Assembly (NCBI RefSeq): GCF_006345805.1
Contig: NC_043007.1
Span: 54,870,001 to 54,934,000, forward strand
Direction: 5' to 3'
Length of the DNA: 64,000 bases
Source of the DNA: Octopus sinensis
Lineage: Eukaryota
Under the pieces are notes generated by a model that searched no databases, was not told the origin of the DNA, and saw only the letters and a program-made list of their open reading frames with translations. Within the stretch, counting starts at the first letter, position 1, and each line of letters starts with the position of its first letter. Below are positions 55,220-63,383 of this stretch, one piece after another. The translations under genes and the position numbers were made by a program.

Positions 55220-58200
55220 ATGTATGCATGTATGTGACCAAAGTGTATGTACGCCACTATATTTTTATATATAAAAAATACCAAAATGGGATAAGAATGC
55301 AAAACATCCAGACAGGTAATATAAAAAAAGGGACTACAAAGCATCCAGACAGATGATACAACGAAAACAAGGATGGGTCATTCGGAGTTTTATATCTAAA
55401 TTTTGTAGGGCTCTATTATTCATTCTATTCTTTCCTTCTTTCTATCAGCCCCTTCACACTTTGTTCATTCCCCTCTTCATTCTTTCATTCTCCCTCTCTC
55501 TCATTTCCTGGCCTTCTCTTCATGCTCACCTTCACTCTTTCACTTCACTCTGTCCCTTTCATTTTTTCTCATCCCTTCTTAATTCTTTTATCCTTCTGCC
55601 TCTACCTCTCTTTCTTCTCTCCCCATGCGACCAGTGTTCGGCCAAGCCTTACCTTTCTTTCTTGGTTCAACTACCATCTGTGCAACATCTATATTCCTCA
55701 CTGTGCCTGTCAAATCTTATGTCCCTACCATAAGGCTTTACTTCCGCACACGCCAGCTTAATTTAATTCATCTTTAGTCGAAAGACACTCATTGTTATGT
55801 CCTATTATTTGTATTTTTGTACCATTTCTCCGTTTTTTTTCCATCTTTGTTTTCGTATACATTTGCTGCTTTCTTCCAAGGAATCTAGTGCTCTTAGTCT
55901 AGTTTTTCCTTGTGGCTGGCCAGATTGGAGCTATCTCGTGTATAACCAGCCGAAATTGCAAAGATAATCTGGAACTCGACTGAGGAAAGAAAGCTTCGAA
56001 TGACCCACCCTTGTTTTCTTTGTATTGTCTGTTTGGATGTTTTGTTGTCCCTTTTTTGTATCACCTAACTGTCTGGATGTTTTGTGTTCTTGTCCCATTC
56101 TTGTATTTTATATATATATATGTGTCCGTTGCCAGCCTCGCCTGGCCCCCGTGCCGGTGGCACATAAAAAGCACCATCCGTTCGTGGCCGTTTGCCAGCT
56201 CTGTCTGGCACCTGTGCAGGTGGCACGTAAAAAGCACCCACTACATTCACGGAGTGGTTGGCGTTAGGAAGGGCATCCAGCCGTAGAAACACTGCCAGAT
56301 CTGACTGGGCCTGATGAAGCCTTCTGGCTTCACAGACCCCAGTTGAACCGTCCAACCCATGCTAGCATGGAAGACGGACGCTAAACGATGATGATGATGT
56401 GTGTGTTTGTGTTTGTCCCCCATTACTGCTTGACAACTGTTGTTAGTGTGTTTACATCCCTGAGCGGTGACAAGCAAGCAAACCAGCGGAGATTGTGGCT
56501 CATTGATTTTTGTTGTTGTCACTTAAAGCATGTAGAACCCATGCTCCATACTTCTGAACCTTTCCCATCGAGTGAAGATGCTTCTCTATAGCAGTGTGGG
56601 AGCTTTCCATTTTCTCTGCCAGTTCCCTTGTCGTTTGACGAGAATTTTCGTGCAAAACTTGGTTTAATCGCTCTTCATCAAACTCAACTGGACGGCCAGA
56701 ACGAGGTGCGTCTTTGAGGTCAAAATTTCCATTTTTGAACTTTGCATACCAATCATGAGTGGTTCTTTCAGCTTTGGCACTCTCTCTATACACAGCACAA
56801 ATGTGGTGAGCAGCTTTTGTGGCCTTAGAACCTTGATTAAAAGCAAAAAGGATGTGTCGAAAATGCCCATTTTTCTTAACTTGACATTCCATTTTAATGA
56901 TCTGAAAAACAAAAATTAACTAAAATTAACTAGGAAAAAAAAAACAAAATAGATTCCAAAATGATTCAAAATAGAATTCTCGAAAAAAATAGATTAAAAA
57001 ATTAAAAAAAAAATGGCAGGAACTTAGTTGCCAACCCAATATTTCCTTGAATCATAAAATGAGTTATGTATATGCTTTGAATTTCTTTGTTCACCTAGTG
57101 AAACCTGTTCCCCCGAAAACACTAAATGAAGCTGGAAGCATGGCTATCTGTAATAGTGCTGCTTGGGATGCCAAAGTTATCACAAGTGCTTGGTGGGTGT
57201 ACCATGACCAAGTTTCAAAGACTGCACCTACTGGAGAATACCTTACAACGGGTAGTTTTATGATCAGAGGTGAGTAAATATTTACAAATGAATTTTTCTT
57301 GTTTTTACTTGTTAAAGTACATGAGAGTCAATGATTAAAGGTTAGTGGATACAAATTTTTCTTTATCACATTGCAATTCTCTGAGATGGTGATAAAATTG
57401 ATTGATTTGATCCCTTAATTTATCAAGTTTGAACACTTTGAAAATAAATAAACCAAAACATTTCTACAGCAAGGCACCATTGCCCATATTGCTTCAGTTT
57501 TATTTGCAGGTTGTCTGTTGGAAAATCTTGATCAACTGAGATTATCCAAGTAATTAGTAGAGAAAAAATCTCTCTGGGGATGGAGGTGGTTTAATTGCTG
57601 AAATTAAACAAGATTACTTCAATCTGCAAAGTCTGTGTTGGTTCTCTAATTTCCATCAAATCTTATTTTGAAATTATCTCCCTTGTTTATATTAAAAAAA
57701 AAAGATTTGAAAAACCTTAGGAGTTTTTATTTACTAACTGCTTGGTAATCTTGATTGATTAAAGTATGTCAATTCATTATATTATCTCCCACATTAGTGT
57801 TAGAATACAGAATACTGCTTCAGGTATTTTTTACCCCTTAGTCATATTGTTTTAACACTGACTTTATCACTTTTACAATAGAATTTTTCCTCAGCCAAAC
57901 CAATATTGCTTTTCATCTTCAAGGGATCATAAGGTAGTACAAAGGTTGATTCTACCAATAACATCATTTCCTATACAGTATTAGCCTCATGCCCAGGGAA
58001 AAGAAAGGTGTCCTTTATTTTTAAGACTATTTTAGAAAAAATTGACATATTGAATGTTCATGCAGAGGTGGTTTGTTAACTAGCAATGCTATACATAAAA
58101 GCTGTGACAGAAACTGTTCTTTTCTCTCAGATGCTTAACAGTTGTGATAAGCTCCAGTAAACTGCAGACCTCTTGCTAGTGGTAGAAAATAAAATGGTGT

Positions 58201-59733
58201 TAGTTCTTATTATTCAGAAATCATTAATTTCTATTTTTTTCTTTTGCTTTTTGTTTCATTCAGGAAAAAAGAACTATCTCCCACCATCATATCTTGTCTA
58301 TGGGTTTGGTTTGCTCTTCAAAGTGAGTAATTCAGTGTAGTTCTTTTCCTTTTTCTTTCTTTGCAAATTATTTCAACACATGAGCTACGTTAGTTATCTT
58401 TGTACATTTGCTGGACCTGTATAATTTGTACATGTGTATTTATATTTGCTTAGGTTTGTATATCTGATTGTTAGAGGAGGAAAACTTCAATTTTTCTTTA
58501 TCTCCTCCTTTTTTGCCCATTTTCTTTCCATTGTTTTTTTTTCCATTTACCATTTCACAATTTCTATTTCTATTGTTTCTCTTAAATCTTTCCTTCTTAG
58601 TTTTTCTTCCTAATCATGCTATTCTTATTCTATTTCCCATTATGTCTTTTTCTATTTAAATCTAATTTACTTCTTTCTTCAGCTAGAGGAAGGTAGTGTG
58701 TTTCGTCATGCAGGAGAACGAAAGGTGCGAGAAGTTGAAGAGGAGGATGTGATTGAAATGACTGAATTAGATGCTGACAAAATAGCTTCAATGGATGACT
58801 CTTCACAGAGTGAAGGCAGTGAAGATGAAACTAATGCTGATCAAGAGCAAGTCAAAGTTCAGAAGAAAAGTAGTGATGATGTTGATGCAGAATCTATTTC
58901 AATGTCTAAAATTAATAAGGACAATGAAAGCAAATCTGTTCATTGGAGTAAAGAGACTGAAGAAGCATTCTTTCCAGATACAACCATTAGTTTGAAGTAC
59001 AGTGGAGAAAAGTAAGTAAATCCAGTTGTTGAAGCATCAGCCGTCCATATAATCACTGTAGTTAATCTACATTAGTTGTTGTTAGTTCTTAAATAACTGT
59101 CTTGGTAATACAATTGCTATAAGCAGTTTGAAAGAAGCACAACAAATAAGTAGTTTAGATGGTTGGCCTATTGATCAGATCATTTTAAGTTCAAATGCTT
59201 AGCTAGTATTTTCATTTTCTTAGAATTTTGCCAAGTTCACTATATTGATGACTGCATTTGTGCCACTTCACTAACTAAACTTCTTCCTTTCATAAACCAA
59301 CACTTCCTCACTGGCATTATATCCAATACTATGTCCAATACTATTTCTTCTGTTAGCTTTCTAGACATGTCTGTTACTGTCAACAACAACAACAACCAAC
59401 TATTCACTTTCATTTAAAATCCTATCGATTCACACTACCATCTCATAGGGCTACATTGAACTCCAACACTTTGGAATGGTTTGTATGACTGGATGCTATT
59501 CCAAATGCCAACTACTCCACAAGTTGAAGCAATGAAGATGAACCTCAAAATTTTGAGCCTCATGGAGGACATGGGTGTTTTTTTTCATGGCACCAGCACT
59601 AGTGAGGTTACCAAGCACTTGTCAGACAAAACTCCTTCAACTGGGTGGGGTATAATATTGAAGGATGGAAAAGTATGATAGAGAGGACAGGAACCTCTTG
59701 CTGAAGAGGTGAATATACAGTTTCTTCAGCTGG

Positions 59734-59776
<43 letters not shown>

Positions 59777-60293
59777 CTCAAGGTACAAGTTGAATATGAA
59801 AAAGAGAACAGGGATAGAGAAACAGAAAAGTTGGGCAGGTTGGTAAGTGTGCTGGAGTGTGAAAAGAGTGTGACAGATGATTAGAGATGGAGATTGAGTT
59901 GGACAGTGAATATCAGTTTGTAGAAGGGCAGTAGGAATTAGGAGTGGGTCAAGGTAGAGGTGATAAGGGATGGAAAAAGGGATACAAAGTGAAGTGTTGG
60001 GGAATGAATGGTATCATTTGTAGCATCTTAGTGAGTAGTGCCTTTAGAAGACTGATTGAGGGATGGATGTTAGAAGATGAGTTGTTGGGGAAGGCTTGAC
60101 AGGACCTCATTTTTACTGAGAAGATCACATCTTCTCAAGTGCAGCATATCACCATTCATCTTAGTCTTTTGTCATGTCCTCCATGAGATTCAACATTTTG
60201 AGGTTCATCTTCATTGCTTCATCCTATAAATAGTAAAGAATCTGATGAATTCCATTTTCCTTCTCTCATGTATTTTATATATACAGGTATGTA

Positions 60294-60327
<34 letters not shown>

Positions 60328-63300
60328 GGTATGTGTGTGTGTATATATAAAGGGAATGACCATGGGATTGTACCTTGAAAGTTACCCATCTGAGGCACAA
60401 GTCCAGGCAAAGTTGTCTATGGAAGACCAGCAGTTGTCCATGCATACCAGTCTCCCCTCTCCATGCCTCTGCAGTTATCCAAGGGAAAGGCAAAGGCTGA
60501 TCCAGCTTGGAACCAGTGACATCACAACTCATTTCTACAGCTGGGTGAACTGGAGCAATGTGAAATAAAGTGTCTTGCTCAAGAACACAACACATGGCCA
60601 GGTCTGGGAATATATATATATATATATATACATATTAGAGGCACATGGCTCAATGATTAGAGTGTTGGGCTCACAATTATGAGGTAGTGAATTTGATTCC
60701 CAGACCTGGCCATGTGTTGACTTAGCTGGACATGATGACTTTTGTGTGAATAATAACAAGTAGTGAGCGGACTAAGCTCTCCACATACATATATACGTGT
60801 ATATATATATATATATATTATATATATATATATATAATATATATATATATATAATATATATATATATATTATTATTATTATTATTTTCAGTTTCGCCTCG
60901 TATTGCATATTCTGTATAATTTATTAGTTATTGTTGACCATCGGTTTCCGGCTTCGTGTCTCGCTAAATACAGAATAGATATTTATATTTAAGTTTCTCC
61001 ATACAGGGGTTTTTTCAATGGCGGCCGATTTTCGCGGGGTTCCACTATTCCCTTCTCTCTCTCTTTCCCTCTTTTACGTTGTCTGCCCTCCCCCCCTCTT
61101 CCTTTCCCCCCTTCCATTGCTAAGAGCATTTTTAAGCCAGCCCGTCAAGTTCAACCTTCGCATATTCCTGGTGCACCCGCCCTTGCCCACCCCCACCACC
61201 AATACCGGATATCTCTATATTTTTGCTCCATCTATACCGGATGTCGCTTCTCCCACCACCATTATAGGTGTCTACTCTTCGAACCCCCCTCTTCAATACG
61301 CTATTTCACCATGCATTACCCCTCTCGTGATATCCTACGTTCTACTTGTCTAGAACCTGTCATCGTTTCTCCGAACACCCCTCACCACTGGTACTCCCCT
61401 ATATTTCTGCACCCTCCCCCCACATAAAAAGCACCATCCGAACGTGGCCGATGCCAGCACCGCCCCGACTGGCTTCTGTGCAGGTGGCACATAAAAAGCA
61501 CCAACTGACCGTGGCCGATGCCAGACCCCTCTGGCACCTGTGCAGGTGGCACGTAAAAAGCACCCACTACACTCCCGGAGTGGTTGGCGTTAGGAAGGGC
61601 ATCCAGCTGTAGAAACACTGCCAGACCAGACTGGAGCCTGGGGCAGCCCCTGGCTCCCCAGACCCCGGTCGAAACCGTCCAACCCGTGCTAGTGCGGAAA
61701 ACGGACGTTAAACGATGATGATGATGATGATGATATATATGTGGAGAGCTTAGTCCGCTCACTACTTGTTATTATTTACACAAAAGTCATCATGTCCAGC
61801 TAAGTCAACATTCTCTTCCAGTGTTAATCATACATCATTCATCTATTCTGTGCTTCTATCTCATGAAATACTAACCTGTCTGTAATTTAATTCAGCTAAC
61901 TCCCATAATTATAATTTTGATGTCCCTGAGCAGTTTCACTGTTGCCTATAATTTAATCTGGCTAATTCACATAATCATAAATTTTTTTTTCTTGATGTCA
62001 CTTTCATTCTATGATCTTTTTTAGCTTCAGTTTTCACTGTCTGTCTCTCTTTATTCTATGATGTTTTCTACTGCCTTTAGCATAGCTACCCTTGAATTGG
62101 CTGCTATTTCTGCAGCTAGTCAAGCCATTTTCCCTCCCCACCTTCTGGTTGCAGCTTATATAAATCCTTTCAATCCAAGTGGAGAGCCTAGATCTCTTAT
62201 TACTTATTATTCTCACATAAATCATCATGTCCAGCTAAGTGAACCCTTCTATCCAGTGTTAATCGTACATCATTCATCTATTCTGTGCTTCTATCTCATG
62301 AAATACTAACTTGTGTAATTTAATTCAGCTAATTCCCATAATTGTAATTTTGATGCTTCCTGAGCAGTTTCATTGTTTCCTCATTTGTGATGCGTCCATG
62401 CAATTCTGTCCCCATCGCCTATACTGGAAATCTCTTCTCTCTGACTGAGAATCTCTTCTCTTTGACTGGAAACCTCTTATATTGGAAGTCTCCTCTCCTA
62501 TCCTGGTAGTCTCCTCTCTTTCCTTATATCAGCCCTGCCTCTGCACCACAACCAGTACCAGTTTGGCCACTAGGCTCTCCAGTAGGCTGTCATAGTTCCT
62601 CCCACCAGTAGTCTCATCCACATCACTGTTTGCATCAAAAAGAGTCTACGTTACATATTTAGTCAATTGACATTAAATGATGGTGATGATGATGAACATA
62701 TACATGTATATGTGTGTGTGTGCTTGAGCCTTCTACTGCCCCATTGTATACATCATCATCGTCTAACGTCCGTTCTCTATGCTAGCATGGGTTGGACGGT
62801 TCGACTGGGGATCTTAGAAGCCAGAAGGCTGCACCAGGCTCCAGTCTGATCTGGCAGTGTTTCTACAGCTGGATGCCCTTCCTAACGCCAACCACTCTGT
62901 GAGTGTAGTAGGTGCTTTTTACGTGCCACCGGCACAGGTGCCAGGCGAGGCTGGCAACAGCCACAATCGGATTGGTGCTTTCTACATGCCACCGGCACGG
63001 AAGCCAGTCAAGGCAGTGCTGGCAACGGCCACGTTCGGATGGTGCTTTTTACGTGCCACCGGCACGGAAGCCAGTCTAGGTGGCGCTATGGCAAGTAACT
63101 GAAAAGAGGGCAGCAATGTTGAACTCCCTCTTTCACCAAAGCCAATCGCATAAGAATGGTCATTGAAAAGGTGATTACACTGGCCTTCGAGCTGAAACAT
63201 ATAAACATACACACGCATGCACGTGCACACACACACATGCATGCTTGCACATTATTGATTTAATTGATTCAAGCTTTATTTTATTTTGTCAGGCTTACTG

Positions 63301-63383
63301 TGAATAAAGTTCATTTGGATGCTGATGCCTCTAGTGATGTGATGAAAGTTCTTTCTCAAGTTCAAGAAGAGAAGAAAGTTAAG
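3209..63383 (+). CDS. NEMF: Nuclear export mediator factor NEMF / Rqc2 (ribosome quality control subunit); partial multi-exon CDS, 22 exons, 5' and 3' ends outside window
   Basis: Manually spliced exons translate to a continuous frame resembling NEMF: [127 protein letters not shown]. All introns GT-AG; exon lengths sum to 2239 nt (1+746x3). Confidence 0.97.
4965..5067 (+). CDS. NEMF: NEMF exon b: [34 protein letters not shown]
   Basis: ctttag acceptor, gttatt donor; conserved ESGIRIH motif. Confidence 0.95.
5180..5381. mobile_element. piggyBac-like MITE family (second copy ~13488-13704)
   Basis: Two diverged copies sharing ttttgaattaatcatgcatt...ggccagtttgaacataaaac; ends resemble TTAA-CCCTT...AAGG-TTAA. 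Confidence 0.5.
6368..7612 (-). mobile_element. Degenerate mariner transposon, same subfamily as the 36886-38166 element
   Basis: Broken ORFs [17 protein letters not shown]..., [29 protein letters not shown]; TIR remnants cccctgacccactt / aagtgggttagggg...tgaacacccc. Confidence 0.9.
8627..8752 (+). CDS. NEMF: NEMF exon c: [42 protein letters not shown]
   Basis: tcacag / gtaagg; conserved DR motif. Confidence 0.95.
8878..9023 (+). CDS. NEMF: NEMF exon d: [48 protein letters not shown]
   Basis: ttctag / gtaagg; GNIVLTD motif. Confidence 0.95.
9180..10870 (-). mobile_element. Old RTE LINE endonuclease fragment interrupted by a mariner
   Basis: Minus-strand peptides FLQFCDANN...IDFILTRK on the left of the mariner; probable continuation at 10775-10870. 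Confidence 0.55.
9521..10773 (-). mobile_element. Full-length but degenerate mariner (Hsmar1/cecropia-like)
   Basis: TIRs ttaggttgtcaagaaagtt / aactttcttgacaacctaa; [41 protein letters not shown] in broken frames. Confidence 0.93.
11814..11881 (+). CDS. NEMF: NEMF exon e: [22 protein letters not shown]
   Basis: tttcag / gtaatt; phase-compatible, aligns to the G..LKR.L.P segment. Confidence 0.85.
12810..12899 (+). CDS. NEMF: NEMF exon f: [30 protein letters not shown]
   Basis: taacag / gtgggt; [10 protein letters not shown] motif. Confidence 0.93.
15020..17270 (-). mobile_element. Degenerate 5'-truncated RTE LINE (RT region plus long CT-rich 3' region)
   Basis: [43 protein letters not shown] peptides; 3' part nearly repeated at 26760-27660. 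Confidence 0.85.
18275..18442 (-). mobile_element. SINE-like family (ttctgagttcaaattctgc...tttgcctttcatcc)
   Basis: Many copies: ~13010-13225 (-), 17410-17815 (+), 47250-47450 (+), 54375-54545 (+), 63477-63690 (+), 63705-63850 (-). Confidence 0.75.
18562..18635 (+). CDS. NEMF: NEMF exon g: [25 protein letters not shown]
   Basis: ttttag / gtttgc; phase-compatible. Confidence 0.85.
19680..19747 (+). CDS. NEMF: NEMF exon h: [22 protein letters not shown]
   Basis: tttcag / gtaagt; GYIIQKR motif. Confidence 0.93.
21557..22070. mobile_element. Inverted-repeat element (178 bp arms) carrying a degenerate type I hammerhead; Penelope/retrozyme-like relic
   Basis: Arms 21638-21815 and 21893-22070; + strand tgcag-CTGAGGA-ttgc...gcat-GAAAC-gatt-GTA-ctgca; flanked by (TA)n. 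Confidence 0.75.
23280..24223 (+). mobile_element. Degenerate, internally deleted Tc1/mariner-superfamily element (maT/DD37D-like)
   Basis: [21 protein letters not shown], and SP..N.MDY.VW-like remnant; ends ...aacatcctg-TA. Confidence 0.6.
24526..25460 (-). mobile_element. Degenerate Tc1-like (DD34E) transposon fragment
   Basis: TA-CAGT terminus; peptides [39 protein letters not shown]. Confidence 0.8.
25841..25916 (+). CDS. NEMF: NEMF exon i: [25 protein letters not shown]
   Basis: cttcag / gtattg; Y.EFHP motif. Confidence 0.95.
26293..27660 (-). mobile_element. 3' end of RTE LINE with long CT-rich 3' region and (GAT)n tail
   Basis: [17 protein letters not shown]...GRGRPRKTW peptide; terminal catcatcat at ~26295. 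Confidence 0.85.
27860..28390 (+). mobile_element. Highly degenerate RTE 3' fragment, opposite orientation to the neighbouring copy
   Basis: [14 protein letters not shown]-like and RRL..YGYVM remnants. Confidence 0.55.
28606..28668 (+). CDS. NEMF: NEMF exon j: [21 protein letters not shown]
   Basis: ttatag / gtaatt. Confidence 0.95.
28869..28946 (+). CDS. NEMF: NEMF exon k: [26 protein letters not shown]
   Basis: cttcag / gtatat; coiled-coil segment. Confidence 0.93.
29539..29741. mobile_element. MITE with ~70 bp terminal inverted repeats
   Basis: taaagtaaa..tatttgccaacataa...gttactgttgtttagcccc / ggggctaaacaacagtaac...ttatgttggcaaatag..tttacttta. Confidence 0.8.
29804..30777. mobile_element. 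Probable solo LTR (974 bp)
   Basis: Begins TGTTAC, ends GTATCA; flanked on both sides by ATAT within a (TA)n tract; CpG-rich and non-coding. Confidence 0.65.
30797..32840 (-). mobile_element. Internally deleted Helitron with Rep N-terminal relic
   Basis: ORF 31102-31632 has [56 protein letters not shown]; 3' end hairpin cccaggtaacgctggg followed by CTAA (CTRR). Confidence 0.9.
33120..33215 (-). ncRNA. Type I hammerhead ribozyme (antisense to NEMF)
   Basis: Reverse complement of the + strand copies. Confidence 0.85.
33650..33745 (+). ncRNA. Type I hammerhead ribozyme, copy 1; predicted cleavage after 33732
   Basis: Stem I ttttgg/ccaaaa (extended cagat/atctg), CTGACGA core, stem II gcta/tagc with long insert, GAAAC-aatt-GTC. 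Confidence 0.88.
34184..34279 (+). ncRNA. Type I hammerhead ribozyme, copy 2; predicted cleavage after 34266
   Basis: Identical motif. Confidence 0.88.
34718..34813 (+). ncRNA. Type I hammerhead ribozyme, copy 3; predicted cleavage after 34800
   Basis: Identical motif. Confidence 0.88.
35256..35351 (+). ncRNA. Type I hammerhead ribozyme, copy 4; predicted cleavage after 35338
   Basis: Identical motif. Confidence 0.88.
35548..35762. mobile_element. pogo/Tigger-like MITE
   Basis: TIRs cagtaatccct / agggattactg, followed by TA. Confidence 0.75.
36190..36237 (+). CDS. NEMF: NEMF exon l (48 nt): [16 protein letters not shown]
   Basis: tttcag / gtaagt; matches E.D.LKG..IE.NL. Confidence 0.9.
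36886..38166 (+). mobile_element. Young full-length mariner transposon (irritans-like), 1281 bp
   Basis: 37 bp TIRs with 2 mismatches (cgaggg.cgttcaataagtaatgc.cctgacccactt), TA on both sides. Confidence 0.96.
37053..38093 (+). CDS. Mariner transposase, 346 aa; open frame but with a 4-aa deletion in the YSPDL motif
   Basis: HTH region, [42 protein letters not shown]. Confidence 0.92.
   Translation: MEPVECRAVIRVLYLKGRTPRETFVEMKVTYGDDAPSYDLVKCWHREFRHGQNSVETAPRSGCPTSAIDEASVRQVEAAILEDRLMTIRQIAHEVKISTGSVETIIHDHLHMQKVSARWIPRLLTPFQKQERVECSRMNLEMCQEDESRFFKRLITQDETWVHHYDPETKVQSMQWKHRDSPPPKKARVQPSAGKVMLTVFWDQDGVVMTDFLAKGTTITGAYYTSLLRKSREAIKIKRRGKISKGILLLQDIAPVHNSRVARSEAQACGYELLPHPDLAPSDFHFFPAMKLFLKGKRFPDDAALISEVTSWLEDQAGVFYKNGLQSCIKRWEKCVTLGSSYVEKD
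38174..41411. mobile_element. Probably full-length RTE-clade LINE with inverted 5' half
   Basis: 38174-39717 (-): 5'UTR plus APE endonuclease ([34 protein letters not shown]) with two in-frame stops; 39723-41411 (+): RT ORF and (TCAAAGTGA)2 tail. Confidence 0.95.
39741..41381 (+). CDS. RTE reverse transcriptase domain (546 aa, C-terminal part of the single ORF)
   Basis: [65 protein letters not shown]. Confidence 0.95.
   Translation: MVLYRSEVTALKNTDGIPVNEKSEMEKICEDFYTKLFKSTRNVQPLPPLQQEENVPPILVSEVERAISLMKNGKAPGKDGITLEVLKSGREQLWKILAERFMHYLDEGRIPSQWKESNTILLYNKGDREDLKNYRPICLLSHVYKLFTKIILNRLSRRLDEQQPREQAGFRKNYSTMDHIFALTQLLERANEYKLPLCVAFIDYEKAFDRIETNAVLNSLQRQGIEAKYVQLLREANSGCITDIALLSSPIRVPVEKGVKQGDTISPKLFTACLEQIIRGIEWQGGVNINGELLPHLRFADDIVLITENMDQLQTMLTELDIKSSAVGFKMKTKFMRSDNVPTDQMVIGSDEIEEVREYVYLGQEVNMCRDIKKEISRRVRAGWKAFNGIRDVLKGRLDRTTRANLINSAVLPAMLYGSETWATTKREEQRLITAQRAMERSMLGILLREHINSNIIRKKSAVRDVIAEYTRSKYRWAGHVARLTDNRWTHAVVKWYPRERKRPPGRPPRRWSDDFKRTIGITWMRKVRSREEWTACCDQRCQMDA
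41816..42282. mobile_element. Old inverted-repeat element with decayed type I hammerhead
   Basis: ~31 bp IR (cacaagtgttgtaaacattatca.acacaca); internal tgatg-TTGATAA-gcta caaaga tggt-GAAAC-atcgat-GTC-catca at 42066-42110. Confidence 0.6.
42801..43326. mobile_element. Non-autonomous TIR element with telomere-like (CCCTAA) repeats and an internal ~210 bp foldback
   Basis: Ends ggatcttttcggtttgaa / ttcaaactgaaaagatcc; palindrome at 43102-43310. Confidence 0.75.
44047..44409 (-). mobile_element. Complete non-autonomous Helitron (363 bp)
   Basis: Minus strand: A|TCTCTCTATATA... 5' end; 3' hairpin ccgagcaacgccggg then CTAG|T; inserted at an A/T site without TSD. Confidence 0.9.
45622..45782 (+). 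CDS. NEMF: NEMF exon m: [53 protein letters not shown]
   Basis: tgttag / gtgagt. Confidence 0.95.
46977..47075 (+). CDS. NEMF: NEMF exon n: [32 protein letters not shown]
   Basis: ttccag / gtcagt; DIDL.LSAYAN motif. Confidence 0.93.
47912..48090 (+). mobile_element. Short repeat with a minimal hammerhead-like motif (degenerate)
   Basis: cttt-CTGTGGA-a-gagc gtag gctc-GAAAC-att-aaag at 47963-47998; embedded in (TG/TA)n low complexity. Confidence 0.4.
48408..49015. mobile_element. piggyBac-like non-autonomous element nested in a SINE
   Basis: TTAA on both sides; TIR c.ctt..tgggccagc / gctggccca.aaaggg; the interrupted SINE resumes after 49019. Confidence 0.8.
50861..50924 (+). CDS. NEMF: NEMF exon o: [21 protein letters not shown]
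   Basis: tttaag / gtagga. Confidence 0.93.
51812..51875. repeat. (GA)n microsatellite, representative of many (TA)n, (CA)n and (GA)n tracts in the window
   Basis: Directly visible. Confidence 0.95.
52032..52120 (+). CDS. NEMF: NEMF exon p: [30 protein letters not shown]
   Basis: atttag / gtaagt. Confidence 0.95.
53252..53355 (+). CDS. NEMF: NEMF exon q: [34 protein letters not shown]
   Basis: ttaaag / gtttgt; NFACT-R start. Confidence 0.96.
53807..53869 (+). CDS. NEMF: NEMF exon r: [21 protein letters not shown]
   Basis: gtttag / gtataa. Confidence 0.96.
55262..56112. mobile_element. Inverted-repeat element (~130 bp arms) between (TA)n tracts, possibly Penelope-like
   Basis: 55262-55392 is complementary to ~55995-56112; only weak resemblance of 55640-55745 to a GIY-YIG C-terminus. 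Confidence 0.5.
56125..56399 (+). mobile_element. Young short non-autonomous retroelement, probably RTE-dependent, with (GAT)n tail
   Basis: Internal tandem tggcacgtaaaaagcacc, ggttggcgttaggaagggcatccag, tail cggacg.taaacgatgatgat; close copies 61415-61735 (+) and 62750-63085 (-). Confidence 0.75.
56494..57039 (-). mobile_element. 5' half of a mariner (mellifera-like)
   Basis: TIR ttgggttggcaactaagt with TA; [18 protein letters not shown]...[21 protein letters not shown]...GAWVLHALS. Confidence 0.9.
57099..57269 (+). CDS. NEMF: NEMF exon s: [57 protein letters not shown]
   Basis: acctag / gtgagt; NFACT-R core. Confidence 0.97.
58264..58322 (+). CDS. NEMF: NEMF exon t: [20 protein letters not shown]
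   Basis: attcag / gtgagt. Confidence 0.96.
58683..59011 (+). CDS. NEMF: NEMF exon u: [16 protein letters not shown]...acidic linker...[14 protein letters not shown]
   Basis: cttcag / gtaagt; RH.GERKVR and FPDTTI motifs. Confidence 0.93.
61740..62375 (+). repeat. Diverged direct duplication of a ~200 bp unit (61740-61945, 62179-62375); first 71 bp also present inverted at 60715-60785
   Basis: gtggagagc.tag...tcatcatgtccagctaagt...catcattcatctattctgtgcttctatctcatgaaatactaac repeated. Confidence 0.8.
63293..63383 (+). CDS. NEMF: Probable NEMF exon v: [30 protein letters not shown]
   Basis: tgtcag / gtatgt, phase-compatible with the previous exon; lies in a poorly conserved linker, so supported mostly by splice signals. 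Confidence 0.7.

Noticed and set aside
55905-56010. Hammerhead in the 55262-56112 element (CTGAGGA at ~55980; ggctgg/ccagcc-GAAA upstream)
   Set aside because: Core pieces cannot be assembled into a consistent three-way junction.
60930-60965. Minus-strand GAAAC-cgatg-GTC half-hammerhead
   Set aside because: No CUGANGA or stem I partner found nearby.
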